Assembly (NCBI GenBank): GCA_046757025.1
Contig: JBHHXN010000011.1
Span: forward strand, 1 to 64,000
Source of the DNA: a bacterium
GTDB lineage: Bacteria > Zhuqueibacterota > Zhuqueibacteria > Oceanimicrobiales > Oceanimicrobiaceae
Length of the DNA: 64,000 nucleotides
Direction: 5' to 3'
Positions 9,053-18,897 of the stretch are shown here, in pieces. The translations under genes and the position numbers were made by a program. The stretch's first letter is position 1. Every line of letters starts with the position of its first letter. The notes beneath the pieces were generated by a model, which saw only the letters and a list, made by a program, of their open reading frames with translations, was not told the origin of the DNA and made no database searches.

Positions 9053-9910
9053 ATGAGAAAACGAAAAGGCGCCGATTTTAAGCGCATGGTTTTCACTTTT
9101 TTAATTTCGTGCTTTACTCTGGCTTTGTTTCCGGACGCGGTTGCCCAGCCACGCATGGAAACCTTTCTTTTTCCGGACAAGCACCGGCCGAACGAGTGGC
9201 GATTGGATGTCTATTTCAAACTCCAACGGGACTGGCTGTCGCAGCTTGGACGCCCAGAAAGGCCGCAGCAGGCAAGAGCGATAGTAGCCGTGTTAAATTC
9301 ACAAAAGGAGGTGCTGGCTGAAAAAGTCGTGGCAGTCAACATATCTCGGGCCAATGAGCGGATGTTGGAAGAAAACCATTCTTCGGTGCAGCAGCACGCG
9401 AGTTTTCATTTGAAATCTGGGAATTACCGCGTTGTTTTTGAGCTGCAATTGGAAAGAGAAAAAACCCTTTTTGCGGCAACCAAGAAGGTGCAGGTCGGAG
9501 AGCGAAACGGCCGAGTTGACCTGAGCGATCTCGTGCCGGTTCGTTTCCCAAAACTGGCGGAGCCGCCCTTTTCTGAATTGTTCTGGGTGGAGGACGAACC
9601 ACACGCTTTGAATTTTTTGCTCTATTACGAAGTGCACACGGCCGCGCCGGACACCCTCATCCATCTTCACAGCGTGATCGAAAACCAGCAGGGCGGAGCG
9701 CTGCGGCAGGAGACGTACGCATTGTCGGTTGATCGAAACATGAAGCACGATTTTCTGAGAGTCGATTTGGACGCGCTGCCGTGGGGCACGTATTTAGTGC
9801 ATCTGAAGGTGCAAGGAAGTGCACCGCTGCAGCAGAGAACCTTTGAATTTTCAACCGGTGGCGGGTCCTTGGGTGTAAAAGAAAACCCGCAGCAATCCTC
9901 GACGCTGTAA
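9053..9910 (+). CDS. exported beta-rich hypothetical protein resembling the N-terminal part of GWxTD-domain proteins
   Basis: Signal peptide; L.sGNYR, LSDLV, LYYEV and LPWGTY patterns; no GWxTD motif. Confidence 0.6.
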   Translation: MRKRKGADFKRMVFTFLISCFTLALFPDAVAQPRMETFLFPDKHRPNEWRLDVYFKLQRDWLSQLGRPERPQQARAIVAVLNSQKEVLAEKVVAVNISRANERMLEENHSSVQQHASFHLKSGNYRVVFELQLEREKTLFAATKKVQVGERNGRVDLSDLVPVRFPKLAEPPFSELFWVEDEPHALNFLLYYEVHTAAPDTLIHLHSVIENQQGGALRQETYALSVDRNMKHDFLRVDLDALPWGTYLVHLKVQGSAPLQQRTFEFSTGGGSLGVKENPQQSSTL

Positions 9911-9923
9911 GAAGTCAATCGAT

Positions 9924-11000
9924 GTGAGGAGCGCCATGTTGCAGTCATTCTTGAAATACCTGAGCAAAAAGAGCGTCAGCTTCCTGCTGACTACGGCCAC
10001 CATTCTGGTGGTTTTGATCGGCTTCATCGATTATGTGACCGGAATGGATCTTTCCCTTTCGGTGTTTTATCTTTTGCCGATGTCGCTGGTGGCCTGGTAC
10101 GCAAAAAAAAGGAGCGCGTATTTTATATCGATATTGAGTGCGCTGACCTGGTTTCTCGCCGATTTCATGTTCTTCGAGGTGCATTTCCGCTCACTGCCTT
10201 TCATTCCGTATTGGAATGCTGTTGTGCGATTAGGCATGTTTCTCATCGTAACCTACATCCTGGTACGACTGAAACAATCCATCGAAAGTGAATTTAATTT
10301 GGCACGTGACGTACAACTGGGCTTTTTACCCGGGCACTTGCCAGATGTGCGCGGAATCGAATTTTCCGGCAGCACCCTGCCTGCCCGGCCGGTCTCAGGC
10401 GACTACTATGACGTCCTTGGATACGATGAAAATACGGCTGGCGTGTGCGTGGCAGACGTGGTTGGACACGGCGTACCAGCCGCTCTGTTGATGTCCAATC
10501 TGCAAGCCGCAGTGCGAATACACGCTTCGAGTCGCGTGTCCCCCCGGGAGCTGTGCGAGAAACTGAATCAGAACGTGTGTCAAAACACATTTGGCGGTAA
10601 GTTTATCACGTTTTTCTTCGGAACGCTGGATGCCAGTCGGAAAAAACTGACCTACACCAACGCCGGGCACAATCCGCCGATTCTGTTCAGAAGAGATGGC
10701 TCGCACTTACTGCTGGACAACAATGATCTGGTTCTGGGAGTGACCGATGAGACGACTTATCAAGAGAGCGAGGTGGAACTGCAGTGCGGCGACCGGCTGA
10801 TTCTTTTCACCGACGGAGTGACTGAGCTGGAAAATCCTTCCGGGGATCAATTCCATGTTCGCCGCTTGATCGAACTGCTGCAGAAGAATCGCCAATTAAC
10901 CGCAGTCGAACTCCGGGACCGCATTCTGCAAGAGCTGACCAACTTCAGCAAAGGAATTTTTCCGGACGATATCACACTGCTGGTAATCCTCATCAAATGA
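9924..11000 (+). CDS. membrane-bound SpoIIE/RsbU-type PP2C phosphatase
   Basis: About four N-terminal TMs; SGDYYD, ADVVGHG, NAGHNPP, FTDGVTE, DDITL. Confidence 0.93.
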   Translation: MRSAMLQSFLKYLSKKSVSFLLTTATILVVLIGFIDYVTGMDLSLSVFYLLPMSLVAWYAKKRSAYFISILSALTWFLADFMFFEVHFRSLPFIPYWNAVVRLGMFLIVTYILVRLKQSIESEFNLARDVQLGFLPGHLPDVRGIEFSGSTLPARPVSGDYYDVLGYDENTAGVCVADVVGHGVPAALLMSNLQAAVRIHASSRVSPRELCEKLNQNVCQNTFGGKFITFFFGTLDASRKKLTYTNAGHNPPILFRRDGSHLLLDNNDLVLGVTDETTYQESEVELQCGDRLILFTDGVTELENPSGDQFHVRRLIELLQKNRQLTAVELRDRILQELTNFSKGIFPDDITLLVILIK

Positions 11001-11295
11001 ACCGAAGAGGCGAGGTGTGCAGGCACTTCCCACGGCGCGCAGTTCGACTAACCGCTAATTCCTCTTAATCTTGGAAGAAGAAACGAATCCTGAGAGCGGG
11101 TGTGTGAATCATTCTTTCCTGAGTTTTCTCGACCGATGGCAGATTTTTACTCGACAGGCTCGTGAACAGGCCGGTTTCGAGTTCAGGCAGGCGTGATTCA
11201 TGTACCGTTGGATGTAGGTGGAAGGGATTCAGAAAAATAGGGAAAAAACGAGCAGAGCATACCATCATGGAGGCGAAATAAACACCCCCGACCAG

Positions 11296-11369
<74 letters not shown>

Positions 11370-11441
11370 AAGAGCAGGTTTCAAATCTAACGAAATCTAC
11401 TTATTTTGTCAAGGTTTTTTTGGTGCGGGGTGCGGTTAAAA

Positions 11442-11732
11442 TTATTGTCGGTTGCCGTCAAAAATTCTGCAAGTTTCAGCGAGCTGGGCGCGCACGGCTT
11501 CGCGTTTTTTGTTGTTGAGATGCGCTATCAAGGCCGCTCGGCCAAAATCGGTGAGGGTCATACCGTTGCCTTTTATCCATGATTCGATCCGGAACCGAAG
11601 TCTGTCGGAAATGTACATCACAAATCTCTGGTGGTGGTTGTTTTTGGATTTAGTCAACATTTTGTACCTCGGTTTATTTGTTGTTCCAGGTGTTTGTATG
11701 TATGACGGTTTTTGTGTTCGATTGGTTGTCAT
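11442..11732 (-). CDS. small hypothetical protein, possible ribbon-helix-helix DNA-binding protein
   Basis: RFVMYISDRLRFRIESW..GMTLTDFGRAAL strand-helix-helix pattern; start uncertain. Confidence 0.5.
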   Translation of the reverse strand: MTTNRTQKPSYIQTPGTTNKPRYKMLTKSKNNHHQRFVMYISDRLRFRIESWIKGNGMTLTDFGRAALIAHLNNKKREAVRAQLAETCRIFDGNRQ

Positions 11733-12029
11733 ATTTTTACGAAATTTAAAATTATTTCAGGTCAATTTTTTTGAGGAAAGAGGACATAAACCGCTCCTCT
11801 ATAAAATGCGGGCTTTACATCTTATGGGATGGCTTTTACTTCGTTGAGTCGAGAAGAATTATTCTTTCCTGTTTTTTATCGTTCAATTCTTTCTAATTTG
11901 CATCAATGTGAAAGGTCATTCACTTTATAAACACGGCTTTACTGGTATTTTTATAGAATAACAAAAATATTTGAGAATTTATTGCACGGAATAATAATAT
12001 TTTGATAAATTTAATGCTGACTCAATTTA

Positions 12030-14966
12030 TTATTTTGCGGCTGTTGCCGGACAAACCTCGGAAAATGCACAAAATTGACAGTGGAATGCGTTCGGATTCG
12101 GGGTGTAATCTCGGCAGCGAATGCCTTGAGCCGCCGCGTTTATTTTATCGGTTATTTTATTCAGCTTTTTTTCGGTAACCTGTGCGGTGCCCACAATTCC
12201 CGAATCCAGAAAATGCAGCTCCACAGCCCTAGGCAGTGTGCTCTGTGTATTTAAATACGCCAATGCGTAGAGGAAAAGTTGCAAGCTGTCGGCTGTACGT
12301 CTGTTCGCTTTGTCCTGCTCTCGGATTTCTGAAGATTTAAAATCCACGATATAGACTTCGCCATCGCGCTCATCCACCCGGTCCCAGCGGCCGATGATGC
12401 GGTTGTTTCCAAGAACAAAGCTGAATTCTTTTTCTACAAATGCCGGCTGATAGGGAGAAGCTTCCTGCTGCTGGTGAAATCGCGTAAGCGATTGCCGTCC
12501 GGCCTGCAGCCGCTCTTTTTCGTGTTCGCGCGTTAAAAAGCCTTCGCTGAACCAGTTTTGTTCAAATACTTTTATCAGCTCTTCGCAGCTCATGTCGCGG
12601 CCGCTCATTTTGCGGCGGTGGTATTCTTTTATGGCTTCGTGAATGGCGCGGCCGTAAACCACCGAATGGTGCGGTAAAATGGGCACCTTCAAAATATGAA
12701 CGTATTTGTATTTCAGCGGGCAGGTGTCGTAATCGTCGATTTGATAATAACTCAAATTGAGGATTTCGTTGTCCGACATCTGGCCAGGCTCCTTGGGCGA
12801 TTCCGTGATTTTGGGCCCATTACGTTCGATGGTTTCCAGAGGCGAACTTTTTATCAATTGGTCGTCGGCTTGCGGTTTTTCGAGGGCTTCCAGAATAAAC
12901 TGACTGATTTTGCGTGGTCGGGCGCCGCCATAGTCGCGGGCGCTGGTTAAGTAGAGTTCTTTTTGCGCCCGGGTCATGCCCACATAAAACAATCTTCTTT
13001 CCTCTTGCAAGTGAAAATCGCCTGTGGGTAAAACATCTTTGATCAATTCATCCGGCAATTCCAGGGTATCTTTTCGATGCCGGCTCGGAAACCTTTGTGC
13101 CACCAAACTGACCATGAAGACCACCGGAAACTCCAGACCTTTGGCTTTATGATAGGTGAGTATGTTGACCGCATCCTCATCACTGTCGGCTTCGGCTTGC
13201 GCCGGGTCGTCGCCTGCCTCGATGAGGATGTCGAGATATTTTATCAGTTCATGAATGCGGTCTTTGCTCGCGATCTCGGAATATCTTCTGATCAGCGTGA
13301 AAAACTTCGCTATATTTTGAATTTTTAAGTCGGACTCGATGGAGTCAACTGCAGTGAGCTGGTCTAAATATCCGCTATCTTTCAGGAAACGATACAGCAC
13401 CACATAGGGCGGTTCGCTGCGCGATAAATCCAGGTATTTTTCGAGGTCGCTCAAAAGCTTCTGCAACGTCGCTAAACTTTCCGGGCTGATTTCCTGCAGT
13501 TCTTGGTATTGATCAACATTTTTTAGAATGTAGTGCAGAGTCCTTTTGCTGCGATTTGCGACGTTCAGACACTGGGTAATATCCGACATGGGAAATTGAT
13601 AGATATCGGAAACGGCCAGATGGTATAAGCTGATATAATCTCTGAAATCGTTAACTGCCCTTAAAAATGAGATCAACAGCCGCACTTCTTCTCTTTGGTA
13701 CAAACCGCGATTACCCGTAAACCGAAAGGGAAGCCCCTCGTATTTCAAGCAGCGCAAAAACGGCTCAGCATGGTTGTTCGCGCGCACCAAGATGGCAAAA
13801 TCTTTGAAACGGTATTCACCTGCTTTGACTTTTTTCTGAATGATATTCGCCACGCCTTCGGTTTCGCTGGTGAGGGTATCAAAATGCAAATGTTCCACCG
13901 ACTTCCCGCCGGAAAAATGGGCTGTCAGCTTTTTGTTGATTTGATTTTTCACTTCCAGCCGATCGGGATTGTTATGCTGGATCAATTTGTAAGATGCGTC
14001 CAGAATTTCCTGCGACGATCGATAATTTTGCGTCAGTACCACCTGTTTGGCGTTGGGGTAATATTCGGTAAACGTGAGAATGTTGCTGATGGCGGCGCCG
14101 CGAAATTTGTAGATAGATTGATCGTCATCGGCCACCACTGTGATGTTTTGATGACCGCCGGCCAAAAGTCGCACCAACTGAAACTGAGCATAATTGGTGT
14201 CCTGAAATTCATCGATAAGAATGTGTTCATAGCGATTTTGAATTTGCTTTAATGCGTAGGGGTGTTCTCGCAGTAATTTTAGCACGTAATTGATTTGGTC
14301 GCCAAAATCCATTTTGCCCTGTTCGGCCAGTTTCTGTTGATATTGCACGTACGTTTGCGCCAGCTCCATTTGACGTCGGGCATTCTCGGCCAGCTCTTTA
14401 TTTTCCATATCCTGTTCGCTTTGTGTTTGCAATTGTTTGGCGTATTCCAAATAGGCCTCAGGTGTGATGTCTTCATCTTTTGCCCGACTGAATAACCGCA
14501 GAATCGCCGAAATAAAACTGTCGGGATTGCTGAGCGGGCGATAGTGCTGCAAAGGAAATTCGAACAGGCGTTCTTTAAAAAAAATGATCTGTTCGGCTTG
14601 AGATAAAACCTGGAAATTGTTTGTCAAGCCCAATTCAAAAGCAAATTCCCTGAGGATGCGGTCTCCAAAAGCATGAAAAGTTGAAATCCACACGGTGGAA
14701 AAACCGTACGGCACCAGTAAGTCTAGCCGTTCCTCCATTTCGCCAGCCGCCTTGTCGGTGAAAGTGAGCGCTAAAATTTTTTCCGGTGCGGCTTTTTTTG
14801 CCGTAATCAAGTAGGCGATTCGGTGAGTGATGACTTTGGTTTTGCCGGTTCCCGCGCCGGCAACGATCAGCAAAGGACCGGTGTCGTGCTGCACCGCTTC
14901 TAACTGAGCACAGTTCAAATTTTTGGTGATTTGATTTGAAGATAAATTGATTTCCATTTGTCGCAT
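12030..14966 (-). CDS. UvrD/PcrA-type helicase fused to C-terminal PD-(D/E)xK nuclease (AdnB-like)
   Basis: AGAGTGKT, IDEFQD, QSIYKFRGA, HKAKGLEF, EERRLFYVGMTRA; GRWDRV, IVDFKS, QLFLY; four Cys. Confidence 0.93.
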   Translation of the reverse strand: MRQMEINLSSNQITKNLNCAQLEAVQHDTGPLLIVAGAGTGKTKVITHRIAYLITAKKAAPEKILALTFTDKAAGEMEERLDLLVPYGFSTVWISTFHAFGDRILREFAFELGLTNNFQVLSQAEQIIFFKERLFEFPLQHYRPLSNPDSFISAILRLFSRAKDEDITPEAYLEYAKQLQTQSEQDMENKELAENARRQMELAQTYVQYQQKLAEQGKMDFGDQINYVLKLLREHPYALKQIQNRYEHILIDEFQDTNYAQFQLVRLLAGGHQNITVVADDDQSIYKFRGAAISNILTFTEYYPNAKQVVLTQNYRSSQEILDASYKLIQHNNPDRLEVKNQINKKLTAHFSGGKSVEHLHFDTLTSETEGVANIIQKKVKAGEYRFKDFAILVRANNHAEPFLRCLKYEGLPFRFTGNRGLYQREEVRLLISFLRAVNDFRDYISLYHLAVSDIYQFPMSDITQCLNVANRSKRTLHYILKNVDQYQELQEISPESLATLQKLLSDLEKYLDLSRSEPPYVVLYRFLKDSGYLDQLTAVDSIESDLKIQNIAKFFTLIRRYSEIASKDRIHELIKYLDILIEAGDDPAQAEADSDEDAVNILTYHKAKGLEFPVVFMVSLVAQRFPSRHRKDTLELPDELIKDVLPTGDFHLQEERRLFYVGMTRAQKELYLTSARDYGGARPRKISQFILEALEKPQADDQLIKSSPLETIERNGPKITESPKEPGQMSDNEILNLSYYQIDDYDTCPLKYKYVHILKVPILPHHSVVYGRAIHEAIKEYHRRKMSGRDMSCEELIKVFEQNWFSEGFLTREHEKERLQAGRQSLTRFHQQQEASPYQPAFVEKEFSFVLGNNRIIGRWDRVDERDGEVYIVDFKSSEIREQDKANRRTADSLQLFLYALAYLNTQSTLPRAVELHFLDSGIVGTAQVTEKKLNKITDKINAAAQGIRCRDYTPNPNAFHCQFCAFSEVCPATAAK

Positions 14967-15176
14967 ATTTAGTACATGTTTTAATGTGTCCGGGAACGCT
15001 GTTCAAAGATAGATTTTTCCGGCGTTGAAGTCAAGCAGTTAATTTTCTGAACACCAAAAATAAAAGTCCCAAAATGTTCAGAAGTGAACATCAGGGTACG
15101 GTTAATTTATCTGAAAAATGGCCTCCTTTTTTCTAAGTAATTAATTTACAGTAAGTTGTAAAATAGAATTTCATCC

Positions 15177-15192
15177 TGGCATGTGGGTTGCC
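15177..15192 (+). promoter_or_regulatory. sigma54 promoter
   Basis: TGGCATGTGGGTTGCC, exact GG-N10-GC; palindrome TGTTCA-GAAG-TGAACA at 15075-15090. Confidence 0.7.
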
Positions 15193-15254
15193 AATTTAGG
15201 AGCTAAATGCCAAATTGAATTCCTAATGTTAAGTAAAATATAAGGAGCCTGATC

Positions 15255-15572
15255 ATGAAAAAACTTTTGAAATTGTTTGCCGTGATGGGGATATTGACTT
15301 CGTTTGCTTTGCCGAGCCGCAGCGAAGCCGGTGCAAGAATTTACGTTCGAATCGGCCCGCCCGCAAAAAAAACCGTTCGAGTTGTGAAACCCATCAAGAC
15401 ACTCAAAAACGCCGTTTGGGTAAAAGGCCACTGGAAGTACCAAAAAGGCCGCTACGTTTGGGTGGATGGTCATTTTGTGAAAGCGCGTCCAAAATACACC
15501 TATGTTCAGCCGTATTGGGTTAAAACACCACGTGGTTACTATTTCGTACCGGGCCATTGGGTTAAAAGATAA
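15255..15572 (+). CDS. secreted YXWGXW-repeat protein
   Basis: Signal peptide, GPP, repeats VWVKGHW, YVWVDGHF, YFVPGHW. Confidence 0.9.
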   Translation: MKKLLKLFAVMGILTSFALPSRSEAGARIYVRIGPPAKKTVRVVKPIKTLKNAVWVKGHWKYQKGRYVWVDGHFVKARPKYTYVQPYWVKTPRGYYFVPGHWVKR

Positions 15573-15601
15573 AAGTAAAAATTAGGCGCCAAAGTCAAAG
15601 T

Positions 15602-15633
15602 AGGCTTCTTCGCTGCAGAGGAAGCCTTCTTTT
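15602..15633 (+). terminator. intrinsic terminator
   Basis: AGGCTTCTTC/GAGGAAGCCT stem plus T-rich tail. Confidence 0.7.
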
Positions 15634-15968
15634 CCCCCTTACCTTTCATCCCACCAATCATTCAACCTCACTTCAAAATAAAATGATTTTCAGTTTAATA
15701 AAAAACCAGAAAAACTTTTTCCATCAATGGAAATATTGCTGCCACCGGGCTCAGAATTTGATAGTCAGAAAAGGCGGGTTTTGTGAAGACGCTTGTTTCA
15801 ATCCTGCCTGCAATTCTTGCAAAAGCGCTTAGTCCAGCAGCTAATTTGCTGTGGGCCGGTTGTTTGATTTCAAGGGTCATTCTTGGACATATTATCCAAT
15901 ACTTAAAATGAGCGAAATGGTCTTATCAAAGGGTTCACGTGTTCGGAATCGTGGGTGTTCACGCTTCA

Positions 15969-16121
15969 GAATCTGTGTGAAAACGCGCAAACTACTCGTC
16001 TGACATTCTGCAGGAATTTTTTTATTTGGACGTAAGGTGCTGTTTATTAAAAAGGTTCTTCCAGAATGCATTAAAGGTGAAGTGGGTTTTTAGTTTACAT
16101 TTCGACTTTTCACACAGTCTC
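15969..16121. mobile_element. MITE family C, copy 1, inserted in a REP
   Basis: TIR core CTGTGTGAAAA/TTTTCACACAG; flanks TTCA/GTCA; inverted homolog at 63027-63184. Confidence 0.8.
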
Positions 16122-16634
16122 GTCAGCGTGTTTTTTCCCTCACCACATCACACGGTGCCTTCTCGGTCGGGAATCGCACAATTTAGGCATAAATACTTTA
16201 GAGTTATTTTTTTTAAAAATATCGAAAAAGGGTAAAGTTCCAAAGGGAATATACGACATATGTGAGGTATGTAAAAAAATACCCAGAAGACACAAGAACT
16301 TCAATTTAAAATTAATATACATCGGTTGGGCTTTCCAGAATTCGCAAGTACAGGAAATTCTTCACGCTGAGTGCGGGGGTGATTCAGGGAGCACAGCTTG
16401 CCATATCAAACTGATACGACTCGAAACTCCACTCAGGCATCGAAAACGGACTTTCGGATAGCTCCTTTTTGTAAATGAGACATGTCTTTTTAATATTCTG
16501 CGCGGGTCATCAGAAATATTAAAAACAAATAATATATTTTATTTCAACATTTATATTAAATCGTTCGAAAATAACAATTAACTATTTAGTAGCAGCAGAC
16601 GTTCATTTGCTTTTAGTTTTTGGGTTAATATTCG

Positions 16635-17909
16635 TTGCACAAAATTACGTTCCACAATTTCACGACAAAGTACAGAATCTATCAGACCCTGTACTGTATG
16701 CTGTTTTTGCACTTGCTGCATCGGCATGTGTCCGCACAGAATTTCATGACCACCGATTTCCAAAAAGCCTGGCAGATCACGAAAATACTTACTGAACACG
16801 GATTTAAAAATGTCTCAGTGATCATCGAAAAGGGCATGGCCATCGTTTCGTACGAGAACAGAAAATTTCGCAATGAAGTGGCGACTCTGCGTAGAGTCAC
16901 GGACTTGATAATTTCTGCAATAACGGATCAACGGACTTTGATCCTCGTTCCACAGAATCGCCAAATTCCCCTGGTGGCGGTGGCCATTCCCATCCAAACA
17001 TATTTGTCGTATGTAAAAGGCGAGATTTCGAAAGTGGAAATCAACGCGGCTATCCGGGTAAGTATGAACGTCGATTGGCTGCAGGAAAAAATGCGTTCAG
17101 TTCGGAATCGCCAAACCAATAGTATCCTGGAGCTGAACTTAAAAACGCGGGTTCGTGGACTTTTTCATTCGCAGCAGGGGGTAGCGCGCTGGAGCGTGGA
17201 TTTTGTGCCGGAGCTGACGTTCGTGTTTGCCAGAGGCAGCCAATTCATGGTAGAGGCCTTACTACCAGTCATGTATCAATTTGATGAAAAAAATAAAGAA
17301 GTGCGGCCGGGACGCGTGATTTTAAACCACACGCGAAGATTTCCACACAATTACTGGTTGTCGGCTAGTCTGGGCTATTTTGACCGCAGCCGATACGGGC
17401 TGGCTCTAGAAGGTGTCAAATTCTGGATGAACGGGCGATTTTATGTCACTTTGAAAGCCAATTATACGGGCTATCTCTACTTTCATCGCAATGTCTGGTA
17501 CTATTCGGAGCCCAGCCAGTTATCCTATTTTGCGAATTTGAGCTACCGTTTCTCCCGAATTGATTTATTGGTAAATTTAGGCTGGGGCCGGTTTTTGATC
17601 GGCGATAGGTCCTGGAAGATTTCCCTGTCTCGTTCGTTCGGTGAAGTTGATCTGGGTTTCTATGGTTTGTGGGAAGACGCCTCCAAACCGTCGCGATTTC
17701 TGGCCGGTCTGTTTTTCAAACTGCCTTTACCTTTCTTTCACAAAAACGTGACTAAGAATTTTTCTATCCAAACACAGAAGAACTTTTACTGGGGCTTGCA
17801 ACCACACACCGATACCGTGGGGCGGCTGGTGAAGTCCGAAAATTCCGTTGAGATTTTTTACCGAAATCTGTTTCCGACCTACATCAAAAATAATTTAATT
17901 AATCCATAA
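16635..17909 (+). CDS. YjbH/GfcD-like outer-membrane beta-barrel protein
   Basis: GFKNV..YENRKFR N-terminus, GYFDRSRYG, GRFLIGD, SRSFGEVDLGFY, LPLP; start may be ATG 16698. Confidence 0.65.
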   Translation: MHKITFHNFTTKYRIYQTLYCMLFLHLLHRHVSAQNFMTTDFQKAWQITKILTEHGFKNVSVIIEKGMAIVSYENRKFRNEVATLRRVTDLIISAITDQRTLILVPQNRQIPLVAVAIPIQTYLSYVKGEISKVEINAAIRVSMNVDWLQEKMRSVRNRQTNSILELNLKTRVRGLFHSQQGVARWSVDFVPELTFVFARGSQFMVEALLPVMYQFDEKNKEVRPGRVILNHTRRFPHNYWLSASLGYFDRSRYGLALEGVKFWMNGRFYVTLKANYTGYLYFHRNVWYYSEPSQLSYFANLSYRFSRIDLLVNLGWGRFLIGDRSWKISLSRSFGEVDLGFYGLWEDASKPSRFLAGLFFKLPLPFFHKNVTKNFSIQTQKNFYWGLQPHTDTVGRLVKSENSVEIFYRNLFPTYIKNNLINP

Positions 17910-17964
17910 GAAATGAATAAGTGTTTTCATGTGTCATTAATTTAAAAATAAATGGAGAGCAAAA

Positions 17965-18843
17965 ATGAATATGACAATTAAAAAACTTGGACTCAATTTT
18001 GTTTTTGTGTTACTGATGGTTCTCATCATTCCGTGGATGTTCAATTGTGGCTCCAAGAAGGTGGGACCCAACACGCCGCCGGAAATTGACATCGAAAATC
18101 CGCCGGAGGCTCCGGGCGTGGTAGAAGGCAGTGTGGACTATGCCCCGGTCAATGAATATACAAATATCATCCAACAGGCTGTTAATTCGCAGCAGGTGAC
18201 TCCCGAAGTGCAATCGGCGCTGGACACGTTTAATGTGCTGGTTGGTCAGGCTGACGTGAATTACCTGGCGTCCATCGATTCCACTGAGCTCAACAACATC
18301 GCAGCGGAATTGGAAACCACCGGCCATCTGCCGCAAAGATTATCCGATATCCTGGATAAGTTAGCCGGCTGGAATTTCCTACCCCAGGTGACAGAATCTT
18401 CCACTACGGATACGACGGGCAGCTCAAAGGTTATCTGGAAACAGTTAGACTATCTACTGAGCACGGCATTTGGACCGTTCGAAGATTGTGTCGAATTAGT
18501 GGATTCAACTTACCAGGCACAGCTTGCCATAGCCCAGCAAGACCGCGAAGACGGTAAAGCCGCGGCCGTACAAAAAGAAACGGAATGTAAAGACGGTCAG
18601 AATGAACGTCTCGGCTCACTGATCAGTGCCGTGGATGCGTTTTGTTCCTTTGCACCGCAAACCATTTGCGATCTGTTAAAAGCCACCTTGAATATCAGCA
18701 TTTTGGCTGACTTAGCTGCTTGTAAAAAACTGCGCACGAGTACCGAAGAAGCTTACGATGACGCTTATAATACGCTGGTAAAAAACCTGGACGACTGGCG
18801 CAGAGCTCAGATCAGTAGCTGCCATGAGACCTTTGGTGGTTAG
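17965..18843 (+). CDS. lipoprotein with six-Cys helical C-terminal domain
   Basis: Hydrophobic stretch ending MFNC-GS; GGAG RBS. Confidence 0.8.
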   Translation: MNMTIKKLGLNFVFVLLMVLIIPWMFNCGSKKVGPNTPPEIDIENPPEAPGVVEGSVDYAPVNEYTNIIQQAVNSQQVTPEVQSALDTFNVLVGQADVNYLASIDSTELNNIAAELETTGHLPQRLSDILDKLAGWNFLPQVTESSTTDTTGSSKVIWKQLDYLLSTAFGPFEDCVELVDSTYQAQLAIAQQDREDGKAAAVQKETECKDGQNERLGSLISAVDAFCSFAPQTICDLLKATLNISILADLAACKKLRTSTEEAYDDAYNTLVKNLDDWRRAQISSCHETFGG

Positions 18844-18897
18844 CTTATTTTCTGAAAGTAAGCAAAAAAACCGCTCGATCACTGACTCAAAATAGCT

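Noticed and set aside
16328..16465. Possible decayed MITE or ncRNA
   Set aside because: Terminal repeats too degenerate and no second copy in the window
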